Below, piece after piece: positions 1 through 9,474 of a stretch of DNA of 64,000 nt. The notes beneath the pieces are model-generated. The model saw only the letters and a program-made list of their open reading frames with translations. It was not told the DNA's origin and made no database searches. Location: positions 736,001-800,000 of the forward strand of contig JBLWTJ010000001.1 of the NCBI GenBank assembly GCA_048270185.1. Reading direction: 5' to 3'. The translations under genes were made by a program, and so were the position numbers. How positions within the stretch are numbered: the first letter of the stretch is position 1; each line of letters begins with the position of its first letter. Origin of the DNA: Bacteriovoracaceae bacterium. GTDB lineage: Bacteria > Bdellovibrionota > Bacteriovoracia > Bacteriovoracales > Bacteriovoracaceae.

Positions 1-2862
1 CATGGCCTGATCCAGGTGTTCTCTAAACTTCTTCACGACATAATCACTATTATGCCAAGGAAGAAGAGAATCCTGAACTGACTTGATAGCAAGATCCAAG
101 TAATCCTTCGATTTTACCTCAAGATTACGATACTTATATTCAAACTTCTCTGTTCCAAGACTTGCTAATTCACGTCCAAGTTTAAAGGCCGCGAGATTAT
201 TTTCAATTTCTGCAGACTTCATTGAGTTCTTTAGCGCTTCTAAAAGATCATCTTCACCAAATGGTACAAGACCAAGTTGATAAGCATACCCTAGAATCAT
301 AGAAGATGCGTAAACAGCTTTTCCAAAGAAGAGGTTACACCATTTTTTAAGTGGGACTAGAACAACTCTTTCATCATTCTTGGCCTTAAGTTTTTCAAGT
401 AATTTTGAACGAGTTAAACTCTCTTCGCTCTCGCCCTTATCTAACATTATCGAGAGAGGTACTTGATATGAGTCATCAAAGATTGCAATGGCATCTTTGC
501 CTCTTAGAAAACCAAGTTGTCCAATACCATCAAGAAGATCAGGACTTAGAAGAACATCAGCACCACCACGCGGAGTAACCGCACCCATGGACTTATCTTT
601 ATGACAGATCGACATATGCCCGGTAACATTTCCATTTCTTTGAGCAAGACCTTTTTGATCCATGAACTTAAAGTCAAGATCATCACGGCCGGCCATTTTA
701 ACACAGGCATTCGCGATAATTTTTGAAATCGTTGTAATCCCTGAACCACCTACACCTGTCACCACCATACGCCAAGTATTCCCATCGGCAATCTCATCAA
801 ATGACTTACGAGACTTAACTGGAGTTAACTCATAATCAAGATCACCTAGATTTGAATCACGATACTTTGTTGGGTGATAACCCAAGACTTCAACTTTTTC
901 AAAGCTTGGACAGGCCTTAAGTTTTGTACAATAGCTATCGGCCACACAAATTGTTGGGTCGATGGCCATCTTTGTTCCGTAAGCATCAAAGACTTGAGTA
1001 AGTCCAGGGCATCCTGTCTCCTCAATACAAACTCGGCAGTCTTCACAGGCCGATGTATTAATTTGATAGAAGGTTTTTGCTTTAACGGCTCCATCATTTT
1101 TAAGAAGTTGTCTCTCACTTGCACGAACTTTTGCTTGATATGTAAGAGAGCACTCTTTATTGGAGATAATAACTTTTACGCCCTTCTCTTTAATAAAGTC
1201 GCGCATAAGATTCTTATAAAAGTAGCGATCACTTGGATTGACTTCCTTGGCAACTTTTACACCAAGGTTTTGCACGATATTTAGCATATCTTGCTTTGGC
1301 CTCTTACTCCCTTCGACATTGATCTTTGAAGCAGGAGTCATCTGATGTCCCGTCATGGCAGTGTTATCATTATCGAGGAGTATATAAGTAATATCGTGGT
1401 CAGCTTGAACTGAGTTTGAAATATCAGTAAGGCCAGAGTGAAAGAAAGTTGAATCACCCATTAGTACCACTGACGGATTCTTCGTAAAGAGATCCATCCC
1501 AGCACCAAGTGCTCCTCCTTGTCCCATGGCCGAAAGGTTGTGCATTTCTCCAAATGGTGGAAGAAATGATAGAGAATAACAACCAACGTCTCCGTGGCTG
1601 ATAAGATCGATTCCTTGTCCTTTAAGCCAACGTCTTAAATCTTTTAACAGAGATAATGTTTCACGGTGTGGACAACCGGGACAAAAAGTTGGCAGACGCT
1701 TTGGAAGAATTTCTCCGAAATTTCTTTCTTCAAAAGACATTGACTGACATTGCCCAAGCTCTAAGAAGTCTTTTAAGGCCGAAAGTTTTTCGTTGATGAT
1801 CTCATAACTTAGGCCACCAAAGGCAGGAAAGCCTTCGGCTTCATCTTTAAATTCTTTCCCAACGATATCAAGACTTAACCCATGCTTTTGGCAAAGGGCC
1901 CTAATCTCACCTTCTAAGAAGCCACGCTTTTCTTCAACTACAACGAGTTTTTTTAAGCCTTTTAGGTAAGGCAGAATTAAATCATCAACTAGTGGAAATG
2001 AACTTGCGACTTTATATAATGAAAAGTGATCAAGGTAAGCACCCTCTTCAAGACATTGTTTAAGTGTTTCAAAAATCACACCACTTGATATAAAACCAAT
2101 TTCAGCATCGAGGCGTCCAAAAGTCTTGTCTAGCTTCATCTCATTTAAAACTTGTTTCACTTTTGGGAAACGTTCTTTAATCATTGAGATATCAGCAAAT
2201 AAAGAGTTCGGTGGAACCATAACGTTCTTTTGAAGATCAAAAGTTGCAGGATCGATATCAATCAATTCACCATCAATCTTAGCTTCGTCAAAGCACTCAA
2301 CTCGCCCTCCACCTTCTGCAAGGAAAGTCGAAAGAAGAAGCCCTTGATAGAGACTTGTCTTACTTGAAACCTCTTTTGCTACAGCGATCCAGTCTTTTAA
2401 CTCTTTAGGATTTGAAGGTTCAAGAAATGACATATGTAAATGTTTAAATAAATATCTTGAGTCAGCGGCCGTAGAAGTTGACATTGACCATGGGTCATCA
2501 CCAACACATACGACTGTTGCAGGATAAATCTCACGGCCATCAACCATTTGAGGTTTAGCAGGGTTTGCAAAGTTACCAACACTTAGTGCATCACTGGCCA
2601 CATGCAGTCCCATAGATTTCATGGCAACAATACAATCACGTCCAGCTTGCTTTACACCACTTGCCATGGCAGCAGCATTAGCTTCTGAGTTAGCAATCAC
2701 AACACGAATACCTTTCTCGTGTAATTCATTTTTCTTGCGGTATAAAATATTGAAGTAATCTGCAAGTGGTGATCCCGGATAACCTGTATATAAGTTAAAT
2801 CCTGCTTCAAGAGCACCTTGAATGATTAGCTCATTCCCGTTGAGAATTTGATATTGTCCCAT
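1..2862 (-). CDS. ior: Fused alpha/beta indolepyruvate (arylpyruvate):ferredoxin oxidoreductase; 3' end runs off the window
   Basis: Absent from the ORF track because it has no stop in the window. Manual translation from ATG 2862 (SD GAGGA): MGQYQILNGNELIIQGALEAGFNLYTGYPGSP; also PTFCPGCPHRE, TPP motif MGDSTFFHSG...DNDNTAMTGHQ, ferredoxin motifs CEDCRVCIEETGCP and CVADSYC...CPSF, then beta-type VTGVGGSG. Confidence 0.9.
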   Translation of the reverse strand, partial: MGQYQILNGNELIIQGALEAGFNLYTGYPGSPLADYFNILYRKKNELHEKGIRVVIANSEANAAAMASGVKQAGRDCIVAMKSMGLHVASDALSVGNFANPAKPQMVDGREIYPATVVCVGDDPWSMSTSTAADSRYLFKHLHMSFLEPSNPKELKDWIAVAKEVSSKTSLYQGLLLSTFLAEGGGRVECFDEAKIDGELIDIDPATFDLQKNVMVPPNSLFADISMIKERFPKVKQVLNEMKLDKTFGRLDAEIGFISSGVIFETLKQCLEEGAYLDHFSLYKVASSFPLVDDLILPYLKGLKKLVVVEEKRGFLEGEIRALCQKHGLSLDIVGKEFKDEAEGFPAFGGLSYEIINEKLSALKDFLELGQCQSMSFEERNFGEILPKRLPTFCPGCPHRETLSLLKDLRRWLKGQGIDLISHGDVGCYSLSFLPPFGEMHNLSAMGQGGALGAGMDLFTKNPSVVLMGDSTFFHSGLTDISNSVQADHDITYILLDNDNTAMTGHQMTPASKINVEGSKRPKQDMLNIVQNLGVKVAKEVNPSDRYFYKNLMRDFIKEKGVKVIISNKECSLTYQAKVRASERQLLKNDGAVKAKTFYQINTSACEDCRVCIEETGCPGLTQVFDAYGTKMAIDPTICVADSYCTKLKACPSFEKVEVLGYHPTKYRDSNLGDLDYELTPVKSRKSFDEIADGNTWRMVVTGVGGSGITTISKIIANACVKMAGRDDLDFKFMDQKGLAQRNGNVTGHMSICHKDKSMGAVTPRGGADVLLSPDLLDGIGQLGFLRGKDAIAIFDDSYQVPLSIMLDKGESEESLTRSKLLEKLKAKNDERVVLVPLKKWCNLFFGKAVYASSMILGYAYQLGLVPFGEDDLLEALKNSMKSAEIENNLAAFKLGRELASLGTEKFEYKYRNLEVKSKDYLDLAIKSVQDSLLPWHNSDYVVKKFREHLDQAM

Positions 2863-2933
2863 ATTTCCTCTAAATGTTATTGAGAAGTGAGTATAGTGGT
2901 ATAATCATGTTTTTTGACGAACCAAAGCGTCAT

Positions 2934-3440
2934 TTATTCAAATGAAAAATTGATTACCTTACTTAAAATTGTCGGTACTTTTTGAGGCCTAAATCTCCAA
3001 TGCTTTGCCGAAGCTAATACGACTTCATTAAATGCATCAAAACTTGCAGCTTCCAGTAATTTAACATTCGTTACTAGTCCATTAGTATCAATGCTTAATT
3101 CGACGACAACTCTACCAGTGGCACCGATACGTCTAGCAGACCTAGGATAAACAGGGGCCTTAAACTCTAAGATCTGATTATCAAAAGTCTTTGCCGTTAA
3201 AACTTCTTGCTGAAAGTCCTGTTTCTTATCAACATGATTGATTTCTTTCTTAGCCATATTTTGTTGAGTTTCTTCTATTTCATTTTTTGTATCTTGTTTC
3301 TTGCGCGCTTTGATTTGGATATCAATTCCTATAGGTGCAGGACGGACTTCAGAGCGACCTTTCTTTATATTTGAAAAGAAGATAACAGCATGAGTCACAA
3401 GACTGATGGCAAAAAAGAAGAACCAGAGGCGATGTTTCAT
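2934..3440 (-). CDS. tonB: TonB-family energy transducer
   Basis: N-terminal TM with SLVTH motif; C-terminal PVYPRSARRIGATGRVVVELSIDTNG...WRFRP. Start moved to ATG 3440 (track start 3506). Confidence 0.85.
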   Translation of the reverse strand: MKHRLWFFFFAISLVTHAVIFFSNIKKGRSEVRPAPIGIDIQIKARKKQDTKNEIEETQQNMAKKEINHVDKKQDFQQEVLTAKTFDNQILEFKAPVYPRSARRIGATGRVVVELSIDTNGLVTNVKLLEAASFDAFNEVVLASAKHWRFRPQKVPTILSKVINFSFE

Positions 3441-3530
3441 ACACTTATCATAATGCAACTTGCTCCATTTGTGAAAAATCGTTAGTATCTGCTCACCTAA
3501 AATCAAAATTAATTTACTAAGGAAGTTTTT

Positions 3531-4604
3531 ATGAGCTCAAAAATTTCTCCAGAAAACCCATTAGGGGTACTGGCCATCGACCACCTAGAATTCACTTGTG
3601 ACACACTAGAAACTGCCACAAAAGACCTATTCTACACATTTGGATTTGCAAAAAGTTATGAACTAAAAGAAGACAAGAGAGAACTCTTTTCTCAGGGTCA
3701 GGTTCGTTTTCTACTAACAGCAAAAGAAGATGGTCACTCAAGACAATATTTTAAAGATCACGGTGAAGGTGTCTCAACAATTTCATTCTTAGTTGAAGAT
3801 TGTGAGCATGCTTATAAGACAGCTCTTGAAAGAGGGGCCGAGTCACTACAAGAAGTTATTGTAACAGAGAATGAACACGGTATTTACAAGTCTGCTCGAA
3901 TCAAAGGCTTTGGCGATGTTGCCAATGAGTTTATTGAAAGACCTCGCGCATTCTTTAGACCTGGTTATACAAAACTTGAAGAAGATCCAAAGGCACGCCC
4001 ACTATCTTCTCGTGTTGCACGTATTGACCATTTAACAAATAATGTTCCAAAAGGTGAAATGAAGAAATGGGTTGAGTTCTATGACCGCGTTTATGGGTTT
4101 AAAGTAACTCGCTACTTCGATATTAAAGGATCAAAAACGGGACTTAACTCAGAAGTTGTACAACTTCCAAAAGGTGAAGTTATCATTCCTATTAATGAAC
4201 CAAAAGAAGCTGGTGGAAAAGACCAAATTCAAGAATTCCTCGATCGTCATAACGGCGCTGGAGTTCAGCATATCGCCCTTACTTGTGGAGATATTCTCTC
4301 AACTGTAAAAGATCTAAGAGAGCGTGATATTAAGTTCCTCGACATTCCTCATTCATACTATGAAGGAATTTCAAGTCGTGGAATTAATGTTACAGAAAGC
4401 CTTGAAGATCTTGAAGATCGCCAACTTCTTGTTGATGGCGATGAGGAAGGCTACCTTATCCAAAATTTCACTGACACTTATGTTGGTCCACTATTTTTTG
4501 AATTTATTCAAAGAAAGAACCACAACGGGTTCGGAGAAGGAAATTTCCAGGCCCTCTTTGATGCGATTGAGCGCGATCAGATGGCCAGAGGTTACCTGGA
4601 CTAA
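3531..4604 (+). CDS. hppD: 4-hydroxyphenylpyruvate dioxygenase
   Basis: IDHLTNNV, QIQEFL, GVQHIAL, FFEFIQRK and GFGEGNFQALFDAIERDQ motifs. Confidence 0.96.
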   Translation: MSSKISPENPLGVLAIDHLEFTCDTLETATKDLFYTFGFAKSYELKEDKRELFSQGQVRFLLTAKEDGHSRQYFKDHGEGVSTISFLVEDCEHAYKTALERGAESLQEVIVTENEHGIYKSARIKGFGDVANEFIERPRAFFRPGYTKLEEDPKARPLSSRVARIDHLTNNVPKGEMKKWVEFYDRVYGFKVTRYFDIKGSKTGLNSEVVQLPKGEVIIPINEPKEAGGKDQIQEFLDRHNGAGVQHIALTCGDILSTVKDLRERDIKFLDIPHSYYEGISSRGINVTESLEDLEDRQLLVDGDEEGYLIQNFTDTYVGPLFFEFIQRKNHNGFGEGNFQALFDAIERDQMARGYLD

Positions 4605-4607
4605 TTC

Positions 4608-4976
4608 CTAATTAAAGCAATTAGAAATGCTTTGTTTCACGAGACTTTCGTTAGACTTTGAAGCAAAGCATTTCTTATTAACCTCTACATCCTTCCAACC
4701 TTCGTATGCGCGATCACGAATCTTACTAACTACTGCAACAAATTCTTCTAAAACTTCATAGTCAGTTTTATCGCCACAATCAAAAGCGAAGTTTGTACAA
4801 ATTACATCTCTTGTCACCACAATATTCTCATGCTCAACACCTAGAACAACATAGGCATCATGGAATGGTTTAAAAGAGTCAATAATATGAAGACTAATAT
4901 CTCTTGGAGCTGTACATGCAGCGAAAATCGATTTCGTCATCATTACAACAATCATTAGTCTGATTAATTTTTTCAT
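4608..4976 (-). CDS. Hypothetical secreted Cys-containing protein
   Basis: Signal-peptide-like MKKLIRLMIVVMMTKSIFA from ATG 4976 with GAGGA upstream. Confidence 0.6.
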   Translation of the reverse strand: MKKLIRLMIVVMMTKSIFAACTAPRDISLHIIDSFKPFHDAYVVLGVEHENIVVTRDVICTNFAFDCGDKTDYEVLEEFVAVVSKIRDRAYEGWKDVEVNKKCFASKSNESLVKQSISNCFN

Positions 4977-5233
4977 TTCTTCCTCGTTATTTTTAAGTTG
5001 CGGCAATATACATGGAAACGAGTGCGCAATGCGTAAAAATGAATAAATTTCAGCCTAGGCCCAATAAAGGCCATATTAGATATTAGTCTTAACTTATATC
5101 TAAAAATTAACGATCTAAACGGTTGAAAATACGTCAAAAAATGACTCGATAAGCCTATTCAAAGGGCCTGTCCTTTCCCTACAATATTGCTTTAATTAAC
5201 TAAAATTTAAACACAACACAACAAAGGACTCTT

Positions 5234-5545
5234 ATGTATAAGTTAATCGCCATTTATAAAATTCCAAATGACATTGATGCTTGGGAAAAGCACTACTCTG
5301 AAGTCCATACTCCACTAGTTAAAAAGGTTCCAAGCCTAAAAGAAATTCGTCTAAACCGCATCACGGGAACTCCAAGAGGAGCAAGCGATCTACACGTTAT
5401 TGCAGAACTAGTTTTCTCAAATAAAGACGACTTCAAGCTTGGCATGAGTTCTGAAGAAAATATGGCCTGCGGAAAAGATCTCTTTAACTTTGCAAAGGAA
5501 ATCGTATCTGTTCATTTTGCAAAAGAAGAAGTCATTTCACTATAA
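5234..5545 (+). CDS. EthD-family (dimeric alpha+beta barrel) protein, first gene of the paa-like operon
   Basis: MYKLIAIY...HYSEVHTPLVKKVPSL...IAELVF pattern; SD AAGGA. Confidence 0.85.
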   Translation: MYKLIAIYKIPNDIDAWEKHYSEVHTPLVKKVPSLKEIRLNRITGTPRGASDLHVIAELVFSNKDDFKLGMSSEENMACGKDLFNFAKEIVSVHFAKEEVISL

Positions 5546-5556
5546 AGGCCACATTA

Positions 5557-6336
5557 ATGAAGAATATACTTTGTGAATTCCCATATAACGACCACAAGCA
5601 TATTGCACTTGTGAAACTAAACCGTCCGAAGGTTCTAAATGCTCTCTCAACAGATCTTATGAAAGAATTAGTTGAGACTCTTTTCGAGCTAGACGATAAC
5701 CCGGAAGTTCGTGTCATCATACTAACTGGTGATGATCGTGCCTTTGCGGCCGGTGCTGATATTGCCCAAATGGTTGAGGCCACGCCAATCGACCAGATCA
5801 ATGATAATCGCTTCCGTTCATGGCAACAGCTTTCTCAAATTACAAAGCCAATGATTGCGGCCGTTAACGGTTACGCACTTGGAGGCGGATGTGAGCTAGC
5901 GATGCATTGTGATTTTATTATCGCAGGCGATAGCGCTAAATTTGGGCAACCTGAAATTAGTATTGGAACTACGCCAGGAGCAGGTGGAACTCAACGCCTA
6001 ACTCGTGCCATTGGAAAATCAAAGGCCATGATGCTTTGTATGACGGGTGAAATGTTTGGAGCCCAACAAGCACAGAGCTGGGGACTTGTTGCAAAGGTTG
6101 TCCCAAGTACAACCCTACTTCAAGAAACTTTTGAAGTTGCAAAAGAGATTGCTAATAGGGCCCCTGTCGCCATCAAGTTAATTAAAGAATCAGTGAATAA
6201 AGCATTTGAAATGTCACTATCCGACGGTGTTGATTTTGAAAGACGCAATTTCTATTTAACATTTGCAAGTAGCGACCAAAAAGAAGGCATGCGTGCTTTC
6301 TTAGAGAAGCGCTCACCAGAGTATAAAGGAAATTAA
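5557..6336 (+). CDS. paaF: Enoyl-CoA hydratase (PaaF-like 2,3-dehydroadipyl-CoA hydratase)
   Basis: LNRPKVLNAL, AFAAGADI, NGYALGGGCELA, FGQPE...PGAGGTQRL; operon context. Confidence 0.85.
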   Translation: MKNILCEFPYNDHKHIALVKLNRPKVLNALSTDLMKELVETLFELDDNPEVRVIILTGDDRAFAAGADIAQMVEATPIDQINDNRFRSWQQLSQITKPMIAAVNGYALGGGCELAMHCDFIIAGDSAKFGQPEISIGTTPGAGGTQRLTRAIGKSKAMMLCMTGEMFGAQQAQSWGLVAKVVPSTTLLQETFEVAKEIANRAPVAIKLIKESVNKAFEMSLSDGVDFERRNFYLTFASSDQKEGMRAFLEKRSPEYKGN

Positions 6337-6337
6337 G

Positions 6338-7129
6338 ATGTCTAACGAATTTAGAAATATCATAGTTGAAAAAGAAGCCTTCACAGGTGTGATAACAATT
6401 AACCGCGCTGAAGTTTACGGTGCCTTAACACGTGAAGCGAAGTTTGAAATCATCAAGGCCTTAAGAGACCTTAACCGCGACAATGAAGTGGGCTGTATTA
6501 TCCTAGCTTCAAACGGAAAAGGATTTTGTACAGGACAAGATTTAAATGATCGCACAGTACAAGCTGGAGATAAGCCCGTTGATCTAGGAGTGACGCTAGC
6601 AACAGAGTGGAATCCATTAGTTAATGCCATCAAAGAATCAAAGAAATTAGTTATTGGAGCAGTTGAAGGTGTTGTGGCAGGAGCTGGTGTTTCAGTTGCT
6701 CTTGCTTGTGACCTTGTGATTGCAAAACCTGGTATTAAATTTGTTTCAGGTTTTTCTAAACTTGGTCTTTGCCCTGATGCTGGTTCAACTTTTACTTTCA
6801 CAAGGGCACTTGGAGAGAAGAAGGCCATGGAATTTTTCATCCTTGGCAATCCACTAACAAGTGAAGAAATGGAAGGTGCTGGTCTAATTAATAAAGTAAG
6901 TGAAGAAGCATTAGCTGATGCTAAGGCATGGGCCGCCCAGATTAATGCCATGGCACCACTTGCCGTTAAGGCCATCAAAGAAAATATTCAAGTTGCTGTT
7001 GATTCAACGGCAAAGCAATCAATGGATCGCGAAACTGCATACCAGAGATTCTTAGGAAATAGTGATGATTATAAAGAAGGACTAAGTGCCTTCTTTGAAA
7101 AGAGACAAGCAAAATTTTTAGGAAAATAA
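6338..7129 (+). CDS. paaG: Crotonase-family isomerase (PaaG-like epoxyphenylacetyl-CoA isomerase)
   Basis: GFCTGQDL, VAGAGVSVALACD, GLCPDAG with the PaaG-type Asp; context. Confidence 0.8.
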   Translation: MSNEFRNIIVEKEAFTGVITINRAEVYGALTREAKFEIIKALRDLNRDNEVGCIILASNGKGFCTGQDLNDRTVQAGDKPVDLGVTLATEWNPLVNAIKESKKLVIGAVEGVVAGAGVSVALACDLVIAKPGIKFVSGFSKLGLCPDAGSTFTFTRALGEKKAMEFFILGNPLTSEEMEGAGLINKVSEEALADAKAWAAQINAMAPLAVKAIKENIQVAVDSTAKQSMDRETAYQRFLGNSDDYKEGLSAFFEKRQAKFLGK

Positions 7130-7140
7130 AAGGAGGCCAT

Positions 7141-7950
7141 ATGGCAGCAAGAGAATACACTCAAGAAGAACTACAATTATTTGACGACATCGCAAACGGT
7201 AAGAAGTTTGATAAAGGTGATGAGCTTCCTCCTCTATACAAGAAAGCTCTAAAGAACCTTCTTTGGATGCAACACGATTCAGAATACTCAGGTGCACTTG
7301 GATATGCACCTTGGATTGAAAAAGCACCAACGATGCAAGAGAAAGTTGTTGTTGCACAAATTGTAAAAGATGAAATGAGACACGCTTCAGTTTGTTACCG
7401 ACTACTTAAGGGAATTGGTGAAGATGTTGACTCACATATTGAATCAAGTGAACTTGGTTTTAAAATGCCAGAAGATAAAGCACAAATTGGATTCCAAAGA
7501 CTAAAAGAAGATTACCGAGTGAATATCTTCTATTACGGAATTAACTACTGGGAAGATTTCATTCTCTTTAACTTTCTAATGGATAGAGCTGCTGGCCACC
7601 AATTAGAAGATACTCTTGATTCAAGCTACCTACCATGGAAGAAAGGAATCGAAGGTATCTATAAAGAAGAAATTATGCACCTTGCTCACGGAGATAAGTG
7701 GATCAAGATCTTAGCAGATGGTGAAAACAAAGAATTCCTTCAGGAAAGACTTGAGCTATGGTGGCCAAGAGTAATGAACGTTTTTGGATCAACAAAAGGT
7801 CGCTCGAATGATCTTTATGTAAAGCTTGGCCTAAAGAAACGTAACAACCAAGTTGTTCGTGATGTTTTCGTAAAAGAAGTACAAGAGATGTGCGATAAAG
7901 CAGGTCTTGTTCTTCCAGAGTATGACGAAGACGCACAACCAAAAAGGTAA
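7141..7950 (+). CDS. paaA: PaaA-like ferritin-fold diiron phenylacetyl-CoA epoxidase subunit
   Basis: DSE, KDEMRH, MDRAA and KEEIMH diiron ligand set; WIEKAPT and WWPRVMNVFG resemble PaaA. Confidence 0.8.
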   Translation: MAAREYTQEELQLFDDIANGKKFDKGDELPPLYKKALKNLLWMQHDSEYSGALGYAPWIEKAPTMQEKVVVAQIVKDEMRHASVCYRLLKGIGEDVDSHIESSELGFKMPEDKAQIGFQRLKEDYRVNIFYYGINYWEDFILFNFLMDRAAGHQLEDTLDSSYLPWKKGIEGIYKEEIMHLAHGDKWIKILADGENKEFLQERLELWWPRVMNVFGSTKGRSNDLYVKLGLKKRNNQVVRDVFVKEVQEMCDKAGLVLPEYDEDAQPKR

Positions 7951-7958
7951 TTAATTAA

Positions 7959-8822
7959 ATGAATATAAAAAGTGTACTAGTCATCGGTGCGGGAACCATG
8001 GGGCGAGGAATCGCTCAATGGTTCTCACAACACGGTGTTAGAGTTGAGCTTGTTGATCAACATCTTGAAATGGCCCAGGCCAGTGGTGATCTGATTTATA
8101 GCTCTTGGGATAAATTAGCGAGTAAGGGAAAATTTGATGCGCAAGAGATTGCGGCTTTCAAAAAGAACTTAAATATCGTCGAGATGGAAAAACATCAAAT
8201 TGATCACGACCTCGTGATTGAGGCCATTGTTGAAAATCTTGAAATTAAGAAGAAAGTCTTTGCTCGTCTTGATGAGATAATGAGCAAGGAGACAATCCTA
8301 AGTTCAAACACTTCTTCAATCCCGATTACAAAGATGGCAAAAGATCTTTCAAAAGATCGTCGTGAAAGCTTTCTTGGACTGCACTTCTTTAATCCAGCAA
8401 CAATTATGAAGCTTGTTGAGATTATTGAAACACCATGGAGTAAGAAAGAGACGGCCCATGCACTTTATGATTGGTTTGAGCGCTTTGGAAAGAAGCCGGC
8501 CCTTTGTAAGGACTCTCCTGGTTTTATCGTTAACCGCGTGGCCAGAAATTACTACGGTGAATCTTTGCACCGCCTAGAAAATTATAATCATGAACAAATT
8601 TCAGAAATCGATCGTGTCATGACAAATGTTGGTGGATTTCGCATGGGACCATTTGAATTAATGGACCTTATTGGAATTGACGTCAACTACGATGTGACTC
8701 AATCAGTTTGGAATGCTTACTATAATGAGCCACGCTTTAGACCTCACAAGATTCAACGAGAAATGGTTGATAGCGGTCGTATTGGCCGCAAAGTAAAAGA
8801 GGGGTTCTACCGTTATGAATAA
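7959..8822 (+). CDS. paaH: 3-hydroxyacyl-CoA dehydrogenase (PaaH-like, N-terminal part)
   Basis: GAGTMGRGIA, IEAIVE, SNTSS, GLHFFNPA, PGFIVNR, FRMGPFELMDLIGIDV. Confidence 0.88.
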   Translation: MNIKSVLVIGAGTMGRGIAQWFSQHGVRVELVDQHLEMAQASGDLIYSSWDKLASKGKFDAQEIAAFKKNLNIVEMEKHQIDHDLVIEAIVENLEIKKKVFARLDEIMSKETILSSNTSSIPITKMAKDLSKDRRESFLGLHFFNPATIMKLVEIIETPWSKKETAHALYDWFERFGKKPALCKDSPGFIVNRVARNYYGESLHRLENYNHEQISEIDRVMTNVGGFRMGPFELMDLIGIDVNYDVTQSVWNAYYNEPRFRPHKIQREMVDSGRIGRKVKEGFYRYE

Positions 8823-9474
8823 GACAATCTTAATTAGTGAAAACCATCCTCTTTTAAAAAACGTTCAAGGTAGTGACTTCCCTTCTATTGTTGTTGATCC
8901 ATTTAGCATCAATACTCTTGATGGAGTGGACTTTGATGAAACTGATCTATTAATTGATCTAACTTCATTTGATCGCAACTCAAAGATGGATCTTTATGAG
9001 CATCTTGATCAAGTCTATGAGGGGCCAATTGTTTCAGACCTTTCAATTAACTGGGGTGAATACCTAGTCTCACAATATGAAAATGTTGTTGGTGCCGTAG
9101 CAGCTGCCTTCTACTCACCAAAGAGTTGTTTTGAACTCTACTTAAAAGACGACACTTTTGAGCAAGCAATTTTTGAGGTCTTTAAGAAACTAGGTTTTGA
9201 TCTTGAATTAGTTGAGCACGTTGGCATTGGATTTACTTACCCACGTGTAATTTCTCAAATTATTAATGAAGCGTACTTTGCTAAAGAAGAAAAACTAGCA
9301 AGTAATGCTGATATTGATAAGGCCATGATGTTTGGGGTGAACTATCCTTTAGGTCCATTTGAATGGGCGCAAAAAATCGGCCTTGAAAAAATCATTATGC
9401 TTCTTGAAGAACTTCGAGAAGTAACAGGAGATGCACGTTACCGTCCATCTCGCCTACTAAGGATGAATTTATGA
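8815..9474 (+). CDS. 3-hydroxyacyl-CoA dehydrogenase C-terminal-domain protein (second half of PaaH)
   Basis: RVISQIINEA...DIDKAMMFGVNYPLGPFEW...RYRPSRLL; 8-nt overlap with the upstream gene. Confidence 0.8.
   Translation: MNKTILISENHPLLKNVQGSDFPSIVVDPFSINTLDGVDFDETDLLIDLTSFDRNSKMDLYEHLDQVYEGPIVSDLSINWGEYLVSQYENVVGAVAAAFYSPKSCFELYLKDDTFEQAIFEVFKKLGFDLELVEHVGIGFTYPRVISQIINEAYFAKEEKLASNADIDKAMMFGVNYPLGPFEWAQKIGLEKIIMLLEELREVTGDARYRPSRLLRMNL

Noticed and set aside
546..2582. Short track ORFs 546-749, 846-1124, 874-1284 and 2397-2582
   Set aside because: They lie within the long minus-strand ior frame (1-2862), which the track missed because it has no stop in the window
6415..6978. 187-aa antisense ORF and similar shadow ORFs over sucCD, ffh and 53175-53594
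   Set aside because: Antisense to well-supported genes, with no motifs or SD; explained by codon bias
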